This document shows positions 47,548 to 56,778 of a stretch of 64,000 nt of DNA, piece by piece (the first letter of the stretch is position 1; the number at the start of each line of letters is the position of its first letter). A program made the translations under genes and the position numbers. The DNA lies in IMG/VR virus record IMGVR_UViG_3300005530_000024; one strand, 5' to 3'. The notes beneath the pieces are model-generated. The model searched no databases, was not told the DNA's origin, and saw only the letters and a program-made list of their open reading frames with translations. The DNA comes from an uncultured virus (IMG/VR IMGVR_UViG_3300005530_000024) (Duplodnaviria > Heunggongvirae > Uroviricota > Caudoviricetes).

Positions 47548-48989
47548 GCTGCTGCCGCCATCTCTTCCATTAAAGCTTCGTATAGTTTCTTTTTCCAGGC
47601 CGAGTCTGATTCAACGATGTTCTCGATGTTTCTCTCTTTGCCTCTCAGAAGTGCCTGAATGCGCGACTCAACTGTGTTGCGAGCGATGTACTTTCTGACC
47701 TGGATCGGTTGAGTCAATGATGCACCGATTCGATTACAGCGGTCAATAGCCTGCTGGTTGTTACCTGGAACAGAATCCTCATCCAGGAAGGCAGGATGCC
47801 TTGAGGCTGTCATGTTAAGGCCGACACCGGCGACCTTAAGGATACAGACGATAACGCTAGGCTGCGGATTATCGCGCCAGGCGTTTACGACACCCTGTCT
47901 TGAAGGAATAGGAACATCTCCATTGAGCTCATAGAGCGGAAAGCCGAGCGCTGCCATCCGGTTTAGGTAAGCAGCTTGAACATCGCGGAACTGAGTGAAG
48001 ATAACTATCTTGTTACCGTTACTTAGTAACTCGTAGTCGTCCTGAGTACACAGGTCCAACTTAGCCGAGATATCAAGACCATTGAAGGGAAGGGTTGTAC
48101 CACAGATCTGACGCAAGCGGAGCATCTTGACGAGCGCATTGTCAATTGAAGTCTCGGTGCCATCAGCCCTGGTGATACGCATGTCTCGGAGGGCTTCTTC
48201 GTAAAGCTTGCGTTGTTCAGCATGTAGGTCAACTCGGCGCTCGATGATCTGCACCTCTGGTAAATCAAGAACATCTTTCTTTAACCGACGCAGCATCACG
48301 CCCTGAAGCTTGTCTTTGAGTTCCTTTTCGTTCTGGACGCCGATAATCTGCTTGTCTCGGTAACCACCGAAGACGCAGTAACGATTGACAAACCTCCAGT
48401 AGCCGGAATATTTCTGGGGCTCGACTAAGTGAAGCAGCGACCAGAGCTCGTCAACTCGGTTTAGCATAGGAGTTCCGGTTAGCATGAACTTACGACGAGC
48501 ATTAAGTGTGTGGGCAGCCTTGGTTCGCTTTGCCTTGTGGTTCTTAAGGTAATGCGCTTCGTCAAAGACCGCGATATCAGGCTTAAGAAGGTTGAGATCG
48601 TTAAGGTGCTTTTCTACCAGCTCGTAATTGAGAATCAATATTCTCGGACCTTCGATTTGCATGAAGGTTATAAGCTGAATATTACGCTCCTGGGGTGTAC
48701 CTTCTAAGATGATGTAGGGTATACCATTGGTGAACTTTTCGATCTCATCAGCCCAGTTGCCTTTAAGGCTAGCCGGACAGACGATGATCATTGTATTTGA
48801 CCAGCCGAGCACAATGTCGATAATAAAGACGGTGAGAACTTGCAGAGACTTTCCGAGGCCCATGTCGTCAGCTAGGATGAACGAGCGCCATCTTGCCAGA
48901 ATTCGGATACCGTCTACCTGGTGCTTGTAGTACTGCAGAGAATCCGATATCCATGGCTCGAGTGACTTGCGTTCACCTAGTTCAGGCAT
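47544..48989 (-). CDS. SNF2-family (SF2) helicase
   Basis: LADDMGLGKS, DEAH, LTGTP, GVGLN, QA.DR..RIG; likely start MPELG at 48989. Confidence 0.9.
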   Translation of the reverse strand: MPELGERKSLEPWISDSLQYYKHQVDGIRILARWRSFILADDMGLGKSLQVLTVFIIDIVLGWSNTMIIVCPASLKGNWADEIEKFTNGIPYIILEGTPQERNIQLITFMQIEGPRILILNYELVEKHLNDLNLLKPDIAVFDEAHYLKNHKAKRTKAAHTLNARRKFMLTGTPMLNRVDELWSLLHLVEPQKYSGYWRFVNRYCVFGGYRDKQIIGVQNEKELKDKLQGVMLRRLKKDVLDLPEVQIIERRVDLHAEQRKLYEEALRDMRITRADGTETSIDNALVKMLRLRQICGTTLPFNGLDISAKLDLCTQDDYELLSNGNKIVIFTQFRDVQAAYLNRMAALGFPLYELNGDVPIPSRQGVVNAWRDNPQPSVIVCILKVAGVGLNMTASRHPAFLDEDSVPGNNQQAIDRCNRIGASLTQPIQVRKYIARNTVESRIQALLRGKERNIENIVESDSAWKKKLYEALMEEMAAAA

Positions 48990-49329
48990 TTGCAGACACC
49001 ATTGGATGAAGCGTGTCAGCGCTCTCGCGATATTCCCAGGGGAGGACTGTGTATGTCGACTCGCCCGGGTGGCGAACCTCAAGATATCTGGGGTGAAGAT
49101 CGCCGAAGCTGGATACGAGGGTGAACTGGTCGAGTGCCTGATGCTCACAGAGTGGGGCACTTGTGACCCAAACCGTCTGGGCGAACTCGTTGAGGTAGTG
49201 GTAGCTCGATGATTCCCAGCGCGGGTCTGCGCCGGGGTCGTTTCCATCAGCTCCTCCAAAAACCCAATCCCCTGGGAAGATGTGAGGTTCTTCTCCTTCA
49301 TCTAGGAGGCCACAATCTAGCAGGATCAT
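48982..49329 (-). CDS. Hypothetical protein
   Basis: Acidic ORF tiling upstream of the helicase; start uncertain. Confidence 0.45.
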   Translation of the reverse strand: MILLDCGLLDEGEEPHIFPGDWVFGGADGNDPGADPRWESSSYHYLNEFAQTVWVTSAPLCEHQALDQFTLVSSFGDLHPRYLEVRHPGESTYTVLPWEYRESADTLHPMVSANA

Positions 49330-49510
49330 AGTTTCTGTTGGTTCGCTCTCGGACACAGTTTCCGCAGGCGTAGAGCAGAGGGAGGACAAATCTTCCTCCC
49401 TCGGGGCGTGCTGATCCACGATCACTCCTTGACCAGGTAGCATGAAGTGTCCAGTTGCCAATGTCGAATGGGTTTATCTCTTTACCGCAGAAGATGCAGT
49501 TTTCGGTCAT
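49298..49510 (-). CDS. Small Zn-finger protein
   Basis: CIFC...CGNC. Confidence 0.6.
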   Translation of the reverse strand: MTENCIFCGKEINPFDIGNWTLHATWSRSDRGSARPEGGRFVLPLLYACGNCVRERTNRNYDPARLWPPR

Positions 49511-49677
49511 GAGCTGAACTGTTCACTGTGGTCACAAGCACACAGCTCGATGACACCGTCTCCGAATACGGCTTTACGGCCTACGTCGATGCATCTCTTA
49601 CATTCGTACTGAATACAAGAAACGCACTTCTTGATTGCTCGTTCTATTCCAGGCAACCTCTGGTCATGCTTAGCCAT
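49507..49677 (-). CDS. Small Cys-rich protein
   Basis: CVSC...C..C...CAC.H. Confidence 0.6.
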   Translation of the reverse strand: MAKHDQRLPGIERAIKKCVSCIQYECKRCIDVGRKAVFGDGVIELCACDHSEQFSS

Positions 49678-50290
49678 GCCCACTCTTCCACTGACAGCCC
49701 GAACAGCCTTCGATTCCCGGAGCCTTGAGCATTCGGTCTTCGAGACTTGCGTAGTGCATATTGCAGCCTGTACAGTTGAAACCACCCTTGTCGAAGTTCT
49801 GCGTCAAGCGGTACAAGGTGACATTTGCCTCGTGCTCAGCGATCATCCGCTGAGTTTCTTCGTACGAGAGGTTTGGCTCGGCAGGTTCGTCAGTTGGAGG
49901 CTGAGGTTCGCTGTCTACTTCCGAAGTGGCACCGTCTCCTTGCGTATTGAGAAGCGATTCCACTTCCTTGTCGTGATCCTTGTCGCATACCATGCACTTG
50001 TTCGACTTGTCCGCAGCTAAACGAAACAGCGAACCGGCATGGTATGCCAAGTTTCTCGAGGCATTCCCAGAGTCGGCAGTGAGTGCCATCCATCTCGCCA
50101 CGGCATAGAGTTGCTCGTAATTCAGCGCTTGCCATGCCTCTTCCAGAGTGTGTTGAAAGTCCAACACCTGCAGATGCTGTGTTTCGTGAGCTTCTTCCAT
50201 CTGCCGTCTCATTTCTTCCGAGGGTACGCCGAATACAAAGGGTCCGAAAGCGAACGCTCCACCTTGACCCTCATGCTCGTCGTCTGCCAC
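49670..50290 (-). CDS. Hypothetical protein with Cys motifs
   Basis: AGGAGG RBS; CMVC, CTGC, CSGC. Confidence 0.75.
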   Translation of the reverse strand: MADDEHEGQGGAFAFGPFVFGVPSEEMRRQMEEAHETQHLQVLDFQHTLEEAWQALNYEQLYAVARWMALTADSGNASRNLAYHAGSLFRLAADKSNKCMVCDKDHDKEVESLLNTQGDGATSEVDSEPQPPTDEPAEPNLSYEETQRMIAEHEANVTLYRLTQNFDKGGFNCTGCNMHYASLEDRMLKAPGIEGCSGCQWKSGHG

Positions 50291-50310
50291 AGCGCCTCCT
50301 ACTTACTTAG

Positions 50311-50350
50311 AGTCGGACCGAGGACTCAGGGGTTGATCCTCGGTCCGACT
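50311..50350 (-). terminator. Hairpin after the SSB-like gene
   Basis: 14-bp perfect inverted repeat AGTCGGACCGAGGA/TCCTCGGTCCGACT. Confidence 0.65.
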
Positions 50351-50368
50351 GGCATTGAATTACCTCAC

Positions 50369-51637
50369 CTAGAACGGCAGATCGTCTGGTGCACCGGGTG
50401 CAGCGGGGGGTGGGGTAACAGGCGCTTGCTGGGCCGCTACGGGCGCTGTCGGTTGCGCCGGTGGGGTTGACGCAGCGGGGACCACTACAGCCGCAGCGCC
50501 GCTCACGGAGGCCATAGCGGCACCTCGCGCTGCATCGTCCATGAACGGCCATGCCGCTTCGAAGCCGGGTGGTGGCGTGATCGAAGCCCACGGGTCGATA
50601 GCAGGAGCTGCAGGCGGCGGTTGAACCGGAGGCGCGACCGGCGCGACCGGCGCGACAGGCGCAGGCGGTGCAGGTTGAGAAACCGGAGCGGGCGGCACAA
50701 CAGGCGCAGCCGGTTGCTGAATCGGAGGCGCTGCAGGTGGTGGCGCAACCGGAGGCGCGACCGACGCGACAGGCGCAGGCGGTGCGACCATCTCGAGCGG
50801 TCCGCTGTTCACGTTCGGCGGGGCCTCCTCGGTGAAGGTCGATTCGTTCTCGTCACGCACGGTCGGGTGCCGACGCAAGTAACGGCGCATTTCGTGAACT
50901 GTACCAGCCCATTCTTCGTACTTGGATGGGTCAGATCCTCCGAGCTTGCGGAAGTTCGGTACTGCGTAGTCTACTGCGCCTCGTTGCGCCGCCACGAGTG
51001 TCAGCTTCGTGATGACGGTGAAAAGCGGCTGGCGGCTAGTAGCGAATCCGCTGACGTAGGTCTTGCTTGGAACGATGCCGGAACTCTTGACGGTCAGAAT
51101 CGCCGGCACCCAGAAGCCGTCGGAGTCGAGGTAGAGAAGGGGATAGACATGCTGCTCTTGACAGCGAGTCTTCTTGTTCTCCCACTCCTTGAACTTGCAC
51201 TTGTCGCACGGAAGTGCCGGTAGTCCAGTTGACTCCTTGACCTGAGGAAGATAAAGACCTTGTCGGCCTGCGTCGGCCTGGAAATTGCCTTCGGCCCAGG
51301 GAAACAGCCGTGCTTCGGGTGCCTTGGGATCGACGTTCGGGAAGCCCACCTCGAAGTCAGTTGAACGGCACTGTGGGAACTTGTACTTGTCGTCCACCGT
51401 GTCAGCGTCTTTGGGGAACATAACGCGCTGCTTGATCTGACAGATCAAGACGACGTCGAGCTCGGAGAACTTCTCCTTGGTCTGAGAGTTCTGAAACACC
51501 ACCTCCTTGCCGATGATGTTGAGTCGCGGCATCGAGAGGTCGGCAGTTGTCACGTCCTCGAGTCCGAGACCTGCGATGTCTCCGGTGTAGGGAACGACGG
51601 CCGAGCCGCCTTCGTCTGCAGGTAGTATTGTCGTCAC
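50369..51637 (-). CDS. Single-stranded DNA-binding-like protein
   Basis: GLED....DL.MPRL N-terminus, Zn-like Cys motifs, long Pro/Ala linker, C-terminal DDLPF. Confidence 0.72.
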   Translation of the reverse strand: MTTILPADEGGSAVVPYTGDIAGLGLEDVTTADLSMPRLNIIGKEVVFQNSQTKEKFSELDVVLICQIKQRVMFPKDADTVDDKYKFPQCRSTDFEVGFPNVDPKAPEARLFPWAEGNFQADAGRQGLYLPQVKESTGLPALPCDKCKFKEWENKKTRCQEQHVYPLLYLDSDGFWVPAILTVKSSGIVPSKTYVSGFATSRQPLFTVITKLTLVAAQRGAVDYAVPNFRKLGGSDPSKYEEWAGTVHEMRRYLRRHPTVRDENESTFTEEAPPNVNSGPLEMVAPPAPVASVAPPVAPPPAAPPIQQPAAPVVPPAPVSQPAPPAPVAPVAPVAPPVQPPPAAPAIDPWASITPPPGFEAAWPFMDDAARGAAMASVSGAAAVVVPAASTPPAQPTAPVAAQQAPVTPPPAAPGAPDDLPF

Positions 51638-51671
51638 TTAAGTCTCCTCGTTGACTCGTGTTCCTGGCTCT

Positions 51672-51700
51672 AGCCTAGCGGACGAATGGCGCTAGGGCAA
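51672..51700 (-). promoter_or_regulatory. SigA-like promoter
   Basis: TTGCCC-17 bp-TAGGCT. Confidence 0.5.
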
Positions 51701-51729
51701 CACAAACCGACATAAACCGCGCTATCGGG

Positions 51730-52083
51730 TTAAGACTTGTTTAACTCGGCAGCGTAAATAACTGGCACACCTGCCTTTTTGCAGAGATCTGTCATGTGAG
51801 CAGTGCCCCTGCCTCCTGGAAAAGAGACTAGTGTCTCGATACCACTTCTTACCATTTCGTGGTTTCGAATGAGTCCGGCACCCCTTCCGTGTCTTGCCCA
51901 CTTGGCAGGATGAGATTCGGTCTTACGGCCCAAGCTCTCCCAATAGGCAGCGCTGAGAGTATCCGCTCCTTTGGCTGCTCCGTGAACAAGTACTGCACCT
52001 TCTGGCATTGCGTCTAGTGCAGCCGCGACCATAGACTCGTTGGCGAAATCCCTGCCTCCGGTAACTGCAAACCTCGTTATCAT
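51730..52083 (-). CDS. SLOG-family protein (DUF2493/YspA-like)
   Basis: VTGGRDF, HG.A.GAD, AG.IRN..M, FPGG.GT..M. Confidence 0.88.
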   Translation of the reverse strand: MITRFAVTGGRDFANESMVAAALDAMPEGAVLVHGAAKGADTLSAAYWESLGRKTESHPAKWARHGRGAGLIRNHEMVRSGIETLVSFPGGRGTAHMTDLCKKAGVPVIYAAELNKS

Positions 52084-52364
52084 TCTCTAACATACCCCCT
52101 CTCAATGATTCTAAAGCCTTTGAATTTAAGCCAGCGGATGAACTCTTTGTCAGCTACCCGCCATTCTGGGGTTTGGTCTGGGGCTGCGATGTTATGCGCC
52201 CTCATTTTCCATCGAGGTTTATAGCCAGGTTCCCGATCAGTGAAGATGTGATCTCGCATCAGCATTTCCTCTTTGATATTAAGCATCAGCGACAGCTGGT
52301 CGATGCTGTAGAGAAAGACGCGCAGCGGGATATTTGTTGCGTTGAGGTCGCGTTCAGAGAGCAT
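52080..52364 (-). CDS. Hypothetical DNA-binding-like protein
   Basis: FLYSIDQ...L...WRV...E..RW. Confidence 0.6.
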   Translation of the reverse strand: MLSERDLNATNIPLRVFLYSIDQLSLMLNIKEEMLMRDHIFTDREPGYKPRWKMRAHNIAAPDQTPEWRVADKEFIRWLKFKGFRIIERGYVRE

Positions 52365-52368
52365 AACT

Positions 52369-52596
52369 CTACCCTGACATAGCCGCAAAGAGTGCTATCT
52401 TGTCTACGTCGTTTCCAGCATAACCTCCGATGTACTTGTCTACCAGGTCACGAAAGACATTGTAGGGCCACTCAAGCTTCGGGCGTTCTGGGTAAGTGAC
52501 TTCGATAAAGAATCCATTACCGAGATCAACACTGGCCCAATCTGTGTCAGCAAGTTGACTCAATATTTCTTCCATTACCTCGCCGTGTGGTCTCAT
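52369..52596 (-). CDS. Hypothetical protein
   Basis: Tiles the operon. Confidence 0.55.
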   Translation of the reverse strand: MRPHGEVMEEILSQLADTDWASVDLGNGFFIEVTYPERPKLEWPYNVFRDLVDKYIGGYAGNDVDKIALFAAMSG

Positions 52597-53292
52597 CTAC
52601 TTGCCCATCTTCTTGTTACGCTTGTATTGAGCCTTAAGGAAATCGAGAGCTTTTCCGCCGTCAGCAGCTTCAGTGAAGCCGGTAAATCTCACCGGCTTGC
52701 GTTCGATCACAGCGAAGCCGTACTTGGCCCAACGGTCAAAGACTGCACCGATCGCACCAGTTGAGGGTTCTTTGATGCCATGAACCCTTGCGATATCCCA
52801 GGCGATAAAGGCTGGCGTGCATAATTCGCCTGGGTCGATTGACCACTCGATACAAACTTCGAGAACCTGATCCTCTAGCTGTCCTCGCGCTGCCCGACCG
52901 GATGGAGTAGGTTCGAAGCTACGGGCTCCAGGAGGCTCGCTGACGGTTCGCTGTTGTCTGCCGGTGTCATCTAGACGGGTAGCATCTAGAGCGGAACGGT
53001 CTAGACCGAAATCCACACCAAAGATCGGCATGTACCACGTTCTCTTAAACGGTACGTACTCAGGGTTAAGGTGTACCTCGCGGGGCAACCCAGCAACTTC
53101 GTACATCTCGTTGATAGACACATGGCATTCGCAAGTACATGTCTCCCAGCGCCCGCAACCTGGGACTGGTGTTCCCTTGTAGTCCCTAGGTTTCGTACCT
53201 TCATGCCAGCCGATAGCACAATCTCCACTGAGCATTGGCTTTGACATGCCGTATCTTCGAAGCATCTCTGCTTCAGGGAGAATGACTACCAT
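52597..53292 (-). CDS. Hypothetical protein (Cys-rich N-part, winged-helix-like C-part)
   Basis: C..G.H...C...C.C.CH; PSTGAI..VF.RW..YG. Confidence 0.7.
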   Translation of the reverse strand: MVVILPEAEMLRRYGMSKPMLSGDCAIGWHEGTKPRDYKGTPVPGCGRWETCTCECHVSINEMYEVAGLPREVHLNPEYVPFKRTWYMPIFGVDFGLDRSALDATRLDDTGRQQRTVSEPPGARSFEPTPSGRAARGQLEDQVLEVCIEWSIDPGELCTPAFIAWDIARVHGIKEPSTGAIGAVFDRWAKYGFAVIERKPVRFTGFTEAADGGKALDFLKAQYKRNKKMGK

Positions 53293-53295
53293 ACA

Positions 53296-53622
53296 TCAAT
53301 CCTTACGAAGCGGAATTTCGTCTCTGGTGACACGTTTCCATCCGTCAATGGTCTGTTCTGTCGTGACCTTAGTTAGCCTAAAGGGGTAACTCTTTCGTCC
53401 GTGGCGGCAGTATTCTTTGTGGTTAAACTTTTCGCCCCATGCAATCTGCCTGGCTAGTTCGTCGGTCGCTGCGTCGAGCGTGGCTTTGCTGGTATCCCAA
53501 CCTAAGTCGTGACTCCATCCGCCATCATCAAAACAGGTCGGGTAGCGCCATTCCAGTTCATAGACTACACTAGTCTCGGTTCCCTCAGATGATTGTGTCA
53601 CTAAGGCGCGCCAGGTGTCCAC
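53296..53622 (-). CDS. Hypothetical protein
   Basis: Tiles the operon. Confidence 0.55.
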   Translation of the reverse strand: MDTWRALVTQSSEGTETSVVYELEWRYPTCFDDGGWSHDLGWDTSKATLDAATDELARQIAWGEKFNHKEYCRHGRKSYPFRLTKVTTEQTIDGWKRVTRDEIPLRKD

Positions 53623-53981
53623 TCCACGGGTGGCTTGTCTCGATCGAGTTCGAGCGTGTGAAGTGTCTGTGCTGACTCCATCTCATCCAGGGTCCCGATC
53701 AGTGCATCCTTGGGCTGTGAGGCCTGGACCCAGATCTCGTGGAGATCGTCGGCAAGGTCAACGATCAGCTGCAGCTTCGTCTCTGGCTTCGGCGCATTTA
53801 CCCTGACAGGAAGTCTTCCAAGGAGAGGATGCACAACATCGGTGTTCTGTGGGGCGAAGATGTCATTACTCTCGCAGAAGTCTGCTGCCCACTGCAGTAA
53901 CTCCTTGTACTTGACGAGCTCCTCGGGCTCGTCAGTACTTGTCAGTTCGATGGTTGCCTGGTCGGTCGTTGATTCGGTCAC
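53601..53981 (-). CDS. Hypothetical protein
   Basis: AGGAG RBS, GTGA overlap. Confidence 0.65.
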   Translation of the reverse strand: MTESTTDQATIELTSTDEPEELVKYKELLQWAADFCESNDIFAPQNTDVVHPLLGRLPVRVNAPKPETKLQLIVDLADDLHEIWVQASQPKDALIGTLDEMESAQTLHTLELDRDKPPVEWTPGAP

Positions 53982-54301
53982 GGCTTGATTTCTCCTGATT
54001 CTGAAGGTGGATTGTTTGGGCGACGACGGAATCCGAACTTGTAATCAAGCTCAGAGATGACGAGAAGTACCACTCCTCCGACGAGTATGAGTAGGAAGAC
54101 TTCCGCTAGGACTGAGCCAGTAAAACCGCTGCGAGCGAGATGCTGGGAGTTGTCAGTACTTGACGAAGGCAATAGTGCAGTTGCAATCGTCAGAACGGCA
54201 AGAACAGCCGCAGCAGCCCAGAGAGTAAGGGGTCCGCGCTTGCGCGCAGAGTGGTCGTAAAGCGGATGAAGATGTCTGGGGGAATACCCAGGACTGGACA
54301 T
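53978..54301 (-). CDS. Two-TM membrane protein
   Basis: Two hydrophobic segments; GGGAG RBS. Confidence 0.7.
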   Translation of the reverse strand: MSSPGYSPRHLHPLYDHSARKRGPLTLWAAAAVLAVLTIATALLPSSSTDNSQHLARSGFTGSVLAEVFLLILVGGVVLLVISELDYKFGFRRRPNNPPSESGEIKP

Positions 54302-54323
54302 GGTCTCCCTTTCTAGGAGTTGA

Positions 54324-54485
54324 TTACCTTGTTACCACCCTGAAGTTCGTTCTACACCTTGGGCAAGTCAGAATAGAACCATGAAGAGAGTCTGTCAGAC
54401 GATAAATCTTCTCATCCCCACAGCCTGGGCAATTGACAGAAAAAACGGTAACCTCCTTAGCTTTGACCTTCGCTAGAGCTTGCAT
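54324..54485 (-). CDS. 53-aa Zn-ribbon protein (not in the ORF track)
   Basis: TGATG overlap with the recombinase stop; MQALAK...NCPGCG...TCPRCRTNF. Confidence 0.7.
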   Translation of the reverse strand: MQALAKVKAKEVTVFSVNCPGCGDEKIYRLTDSLHGSILTCPRCRTNFRVVTR

Positions 54486-55324
54486 CAGATGCCCTCCATT
54501 GCTGCTCGCATAGCTTCGAATGTGACGAAGGTGTAGTTCTGAGTTGTTCTTACTGAGGCATGCCCAAGGAGTTCTTGAGCGGTACGTAGGCCAAACTTCT
54601 CGTTGACTGCCGTACCGCCGGTCTTGCGGAGGTCGTGACTTGCTATCCGCCGATTCAGAATATCCTCACCGGCTCGCGTGATTAGCTTTCGCGCCCAGCG
54701 ATCATTGAGGCCAACGAGAGGCATATCTGCAGGTGTAATCGCCAGCCGGACTGCGATTATGTCGAATACTTCTTCAGTAAACGGCACGTAACGCTCGGCA
54801 TCACCCTTGCCTAAGATCTTGATGACTCGTCTCTCGAGGTCGAAGTCTCGAGGACAGACAGAGAGCGCCTCTCCTACGCGGAGCATACATAAACCACAGA
54901 GTGCAAGGAGAGTTCGCTTGGACTCATCTTCTATCTCTGCGATCATCTTGCGAATCCCCGCGACACCTTCAGGTATCACACTTGGCACCGTTCGAGGGGG
55001 AGTTGGGCCTGAGTAGTCAGAGAGAATCGAAACACCTGCCCATTTGCCGAAACTGCGTAGCGAGGTGATGCGACGATTAGTCGTCTTAGCAGCCACTACC
55101 GGCAGACTCGACCCCGGCGTGGGCCTCCTCGTCTGATTGAGCCACGAGGCTGCCGTAATCTCCAGCTCTGTGGTCGGTAACGACGTCAGCTGCATCTCGA
55201 GGAAGAAAACCCGTACGTCTGTTGAGTAAGCTTTGACCGTCGAGACCCCTAGCCCACGCACGTTCAACGACTGTCGGAAGGGGTCGATAGACTCTAGGGT
55301 TAGAATCGTATCCGTCTGCGGCAT
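54485..55324 (-). CDS. Tyrosine recombinase (XerC/D-sized)
   Basis: LRVGE (R), GKG (K), HDLR, LGH, TQNY; start 55324 or 55357. Confidence 0.9.
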   Translation of the reverse strand: MPQTDTILTLESIDPFRQSLNVRGLGVSTVKAYSTDVRVFFLEMQLTSLPTTELEITAASWLNQTRRPTPGSSLPVVAAKTTNRRITSLRSFGKWAGVSILSDYSGPTPPRTVPSVIPEGVAGIRKMIAEIEDESKRTLLALCGLCMLRVGEALSVCPRDFDLERRVIKILGKGDAERYVPFTEEVFDIIAVRLAITPADMPLVGLNDRWARKLITRAGEDILNRRIASHDLRKTGGTAVNEKFGLRTAQELLGHASVRTTQNYTFVTFEAMRAAMEGI

Positions 55325-55664
55325 CTTGTTTGGCCTTCCCATCTCGATGCTTGACAATAGGACGCGCGAGGTCGATACAACTCTTGAGGAGACCTTCGAC
55401 TGCGTCTAGCTCATCTGGACTTAGTGCTGTGAAGTCAAATGCGAATCTGACTCCATTGTGCGACATTGGAACGTAGAAGATTACAGATGGACCTTGTCCT
55501 TCGACCTCTTCTTCTGTAATTAACTGAACCAAGAAGTTGCGAAATGTGGTTACCCAGCGCGCCCACTGCGGTGCTATCTGTTCGCGCTTCGTTCGATCTC
55601 CCCGGTTGTAAGGGTTGCGAGCCCTAATTGATCCAGCACCTGAACGAGATCCTCTAAGAACCAT
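55086..55664 (-). CDS. Hypothetical protein overlapping the recombinase 5' end
   Basis: TGATG-coupled start; reads about 240 nt into the recombinase in another frame. Confidence 0.6.
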   Translation of the reverse strand: MVLRGSRSGAGSIRARNPYNRGDRTKREQIAPQWARWVTTFRNFLVQLITEEEVEGQGPSVIFYVPMSHNGVRFAFDFTALSPDELDAVEGLLKSCIDLARPIVKHRDGKAKQDAADGYDSNPRVYRPLPTVVERAWARGLDGQSLLNRRTGFLPRDAADVVTDHRAGDYGSLVAQSDEEAHAGVESAGSGC

Positions 55665-55903
55665 CAGGCACGATCCTTAGCTATCTGGTCCAAGAAGGTT
55701 CTATCTCCAGTATTCCAGACAGGGTCCGCGATCAAACACTTGCTACACAGCCACTCCACTACACGAGATCGTAAAGTCCGTCCTCCGTATCCGACACCCT
55801 TGAAGATAATCACCTTTGCAGTGAGGGCAGCCTTTGCTTCAGACTCTGTTCCCTCCGGAACATAGCCACATCGCGTACAGTGGTAGTTGAACCTGCGAGG
55901 CAT
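55664..55903 (-). CDS. Small Zn-finger protein
   Basis: CTRC...LCSKC. Confidence 0.7.
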   Translation of the reverse strand: MPRRFNYHCTRCGYVPEGTESEAKAALTAKVIIFKGVGYGGRTLRSRVVEWLCSKCLIADPVWNTGDRTFLDQIAKDRA

Positions 55904-56778
55904 TAGATGAGATCCTTGGCGTCGAGGTGCTGTCGAAACTCATACCAGGTAGCTTCATCAACTGCTGACGCAAAGGCGCTTCCTAGATTAAAGGGAAGAC
56001 TTACATCACTCCTTCTGCCGTGATTAACCCAGCAGGTTCCATCCCATACTGCACCGTCAGAAGACCGTGTACTCCCTACCGTTGTAGGATTTCCGCCCGC
56101 AAATGGACTTAGTGGCACCTTCTTTGGAGTAGAAGGAGGCAAGGTACTAAAGCCGTTGTCTTGCGTTTCTGGTGCATCTACCTGACGCATTGCCTGTGCT
56201 GTTCTAGCTGCGCACGGGTAGCACATCTTCTCGGCGTCGAGACAAACCTTGTCTTTGAGACCGAACACCGCGTTAGTCGCTCGCCAGTGCTGAGTCGAGG
56301 TGCACATCGTCTTGGAAGCAGCTGTCCACTCGTCGTAGTGGTTTACTACCATCTCTCTGACAACTAGCAATCCTTCGTACTCTGGCATAACGAGACCGAT
56401 TGAATTCTCGTTATGTCCAGCTACAGAAACAGAGTAAGTAGCCTCGGTAACTGAATGAAACATGACTGACGCAAAAACATCTTCTTTGATTCTTAACTGC
56501 AGGGCAAATGTAGACTTTCCAATAGTTTGGGTCAGATTTTCAAGGAGAGCAGGGTGAGCAATTGCAGTTTCGATATGCTCACACCAGTAAGAGCCGGAAG
56601 CGTCTACTCTGTGTTTGCGACAGACGAGCGCTTGATTGTTGGCGAGAACTATGTTTGCATGGCCAGAACCAGTGTGTCCGGTTGCCGACACATGTAGGTG
56701 ACCTGAAGAAGAAACATAGCAAGACCATAGGCTTCCCTGGGCTTCATCACCAGCTAAGTAGTCTGTTCCAACGATCAC
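55903..56778 (-). CDS. Hypothetical protein (SWIM-like Cys/His motifs)
   Basis: C..H...WCEH; C...H...C..C. Confidence 0.65.
   Translation of the reverse strand: MIVGTDYLAGDEAQGSLWSCYVSSSGHLHVSATGHTGSGHANIVLANNQALVCRKHRVDASGSYWCEHIETAIAHPALLENLTQTIGKSTFALQLRIKEDVFASVMFHSVTEATYSVSVAGHNENSIGLVMPEYEGLLVVREMVVNHYDEWTAASKTMCTSTQHWRATNAVFGLKDKVCLDAEKMCYPCAARTAQAMRQVDAPETQDNGFSTLPPSTPKKVPLSPFAGGNPTTVGSTRSSDGAVWDGTCWVNHGRRSDVSLPFNLGSAFASAVDEATWYEFRQHLDAKDLI

Noticed and set aside
48990..49301. 104-aa N-terminal extension of the SNF2 helicase
   Set aside because: Low-information Ser/Thr/Arg sequence overlapping a more protein-like ORF in another frame
50630..50790. GGCGCGACC/GGCGCAGGC tandem repeats
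   Set aside because: They encode the Pro/Ala/Val linker of the SSB-like protein
54302..54484. attP site downstream of the recombinase, with imperfect TGGGCAA repeats
   Set aside because: The gap is a 53-aa Zn-ribbon ORF; the repeats are the two Cys-Pro codon pairs
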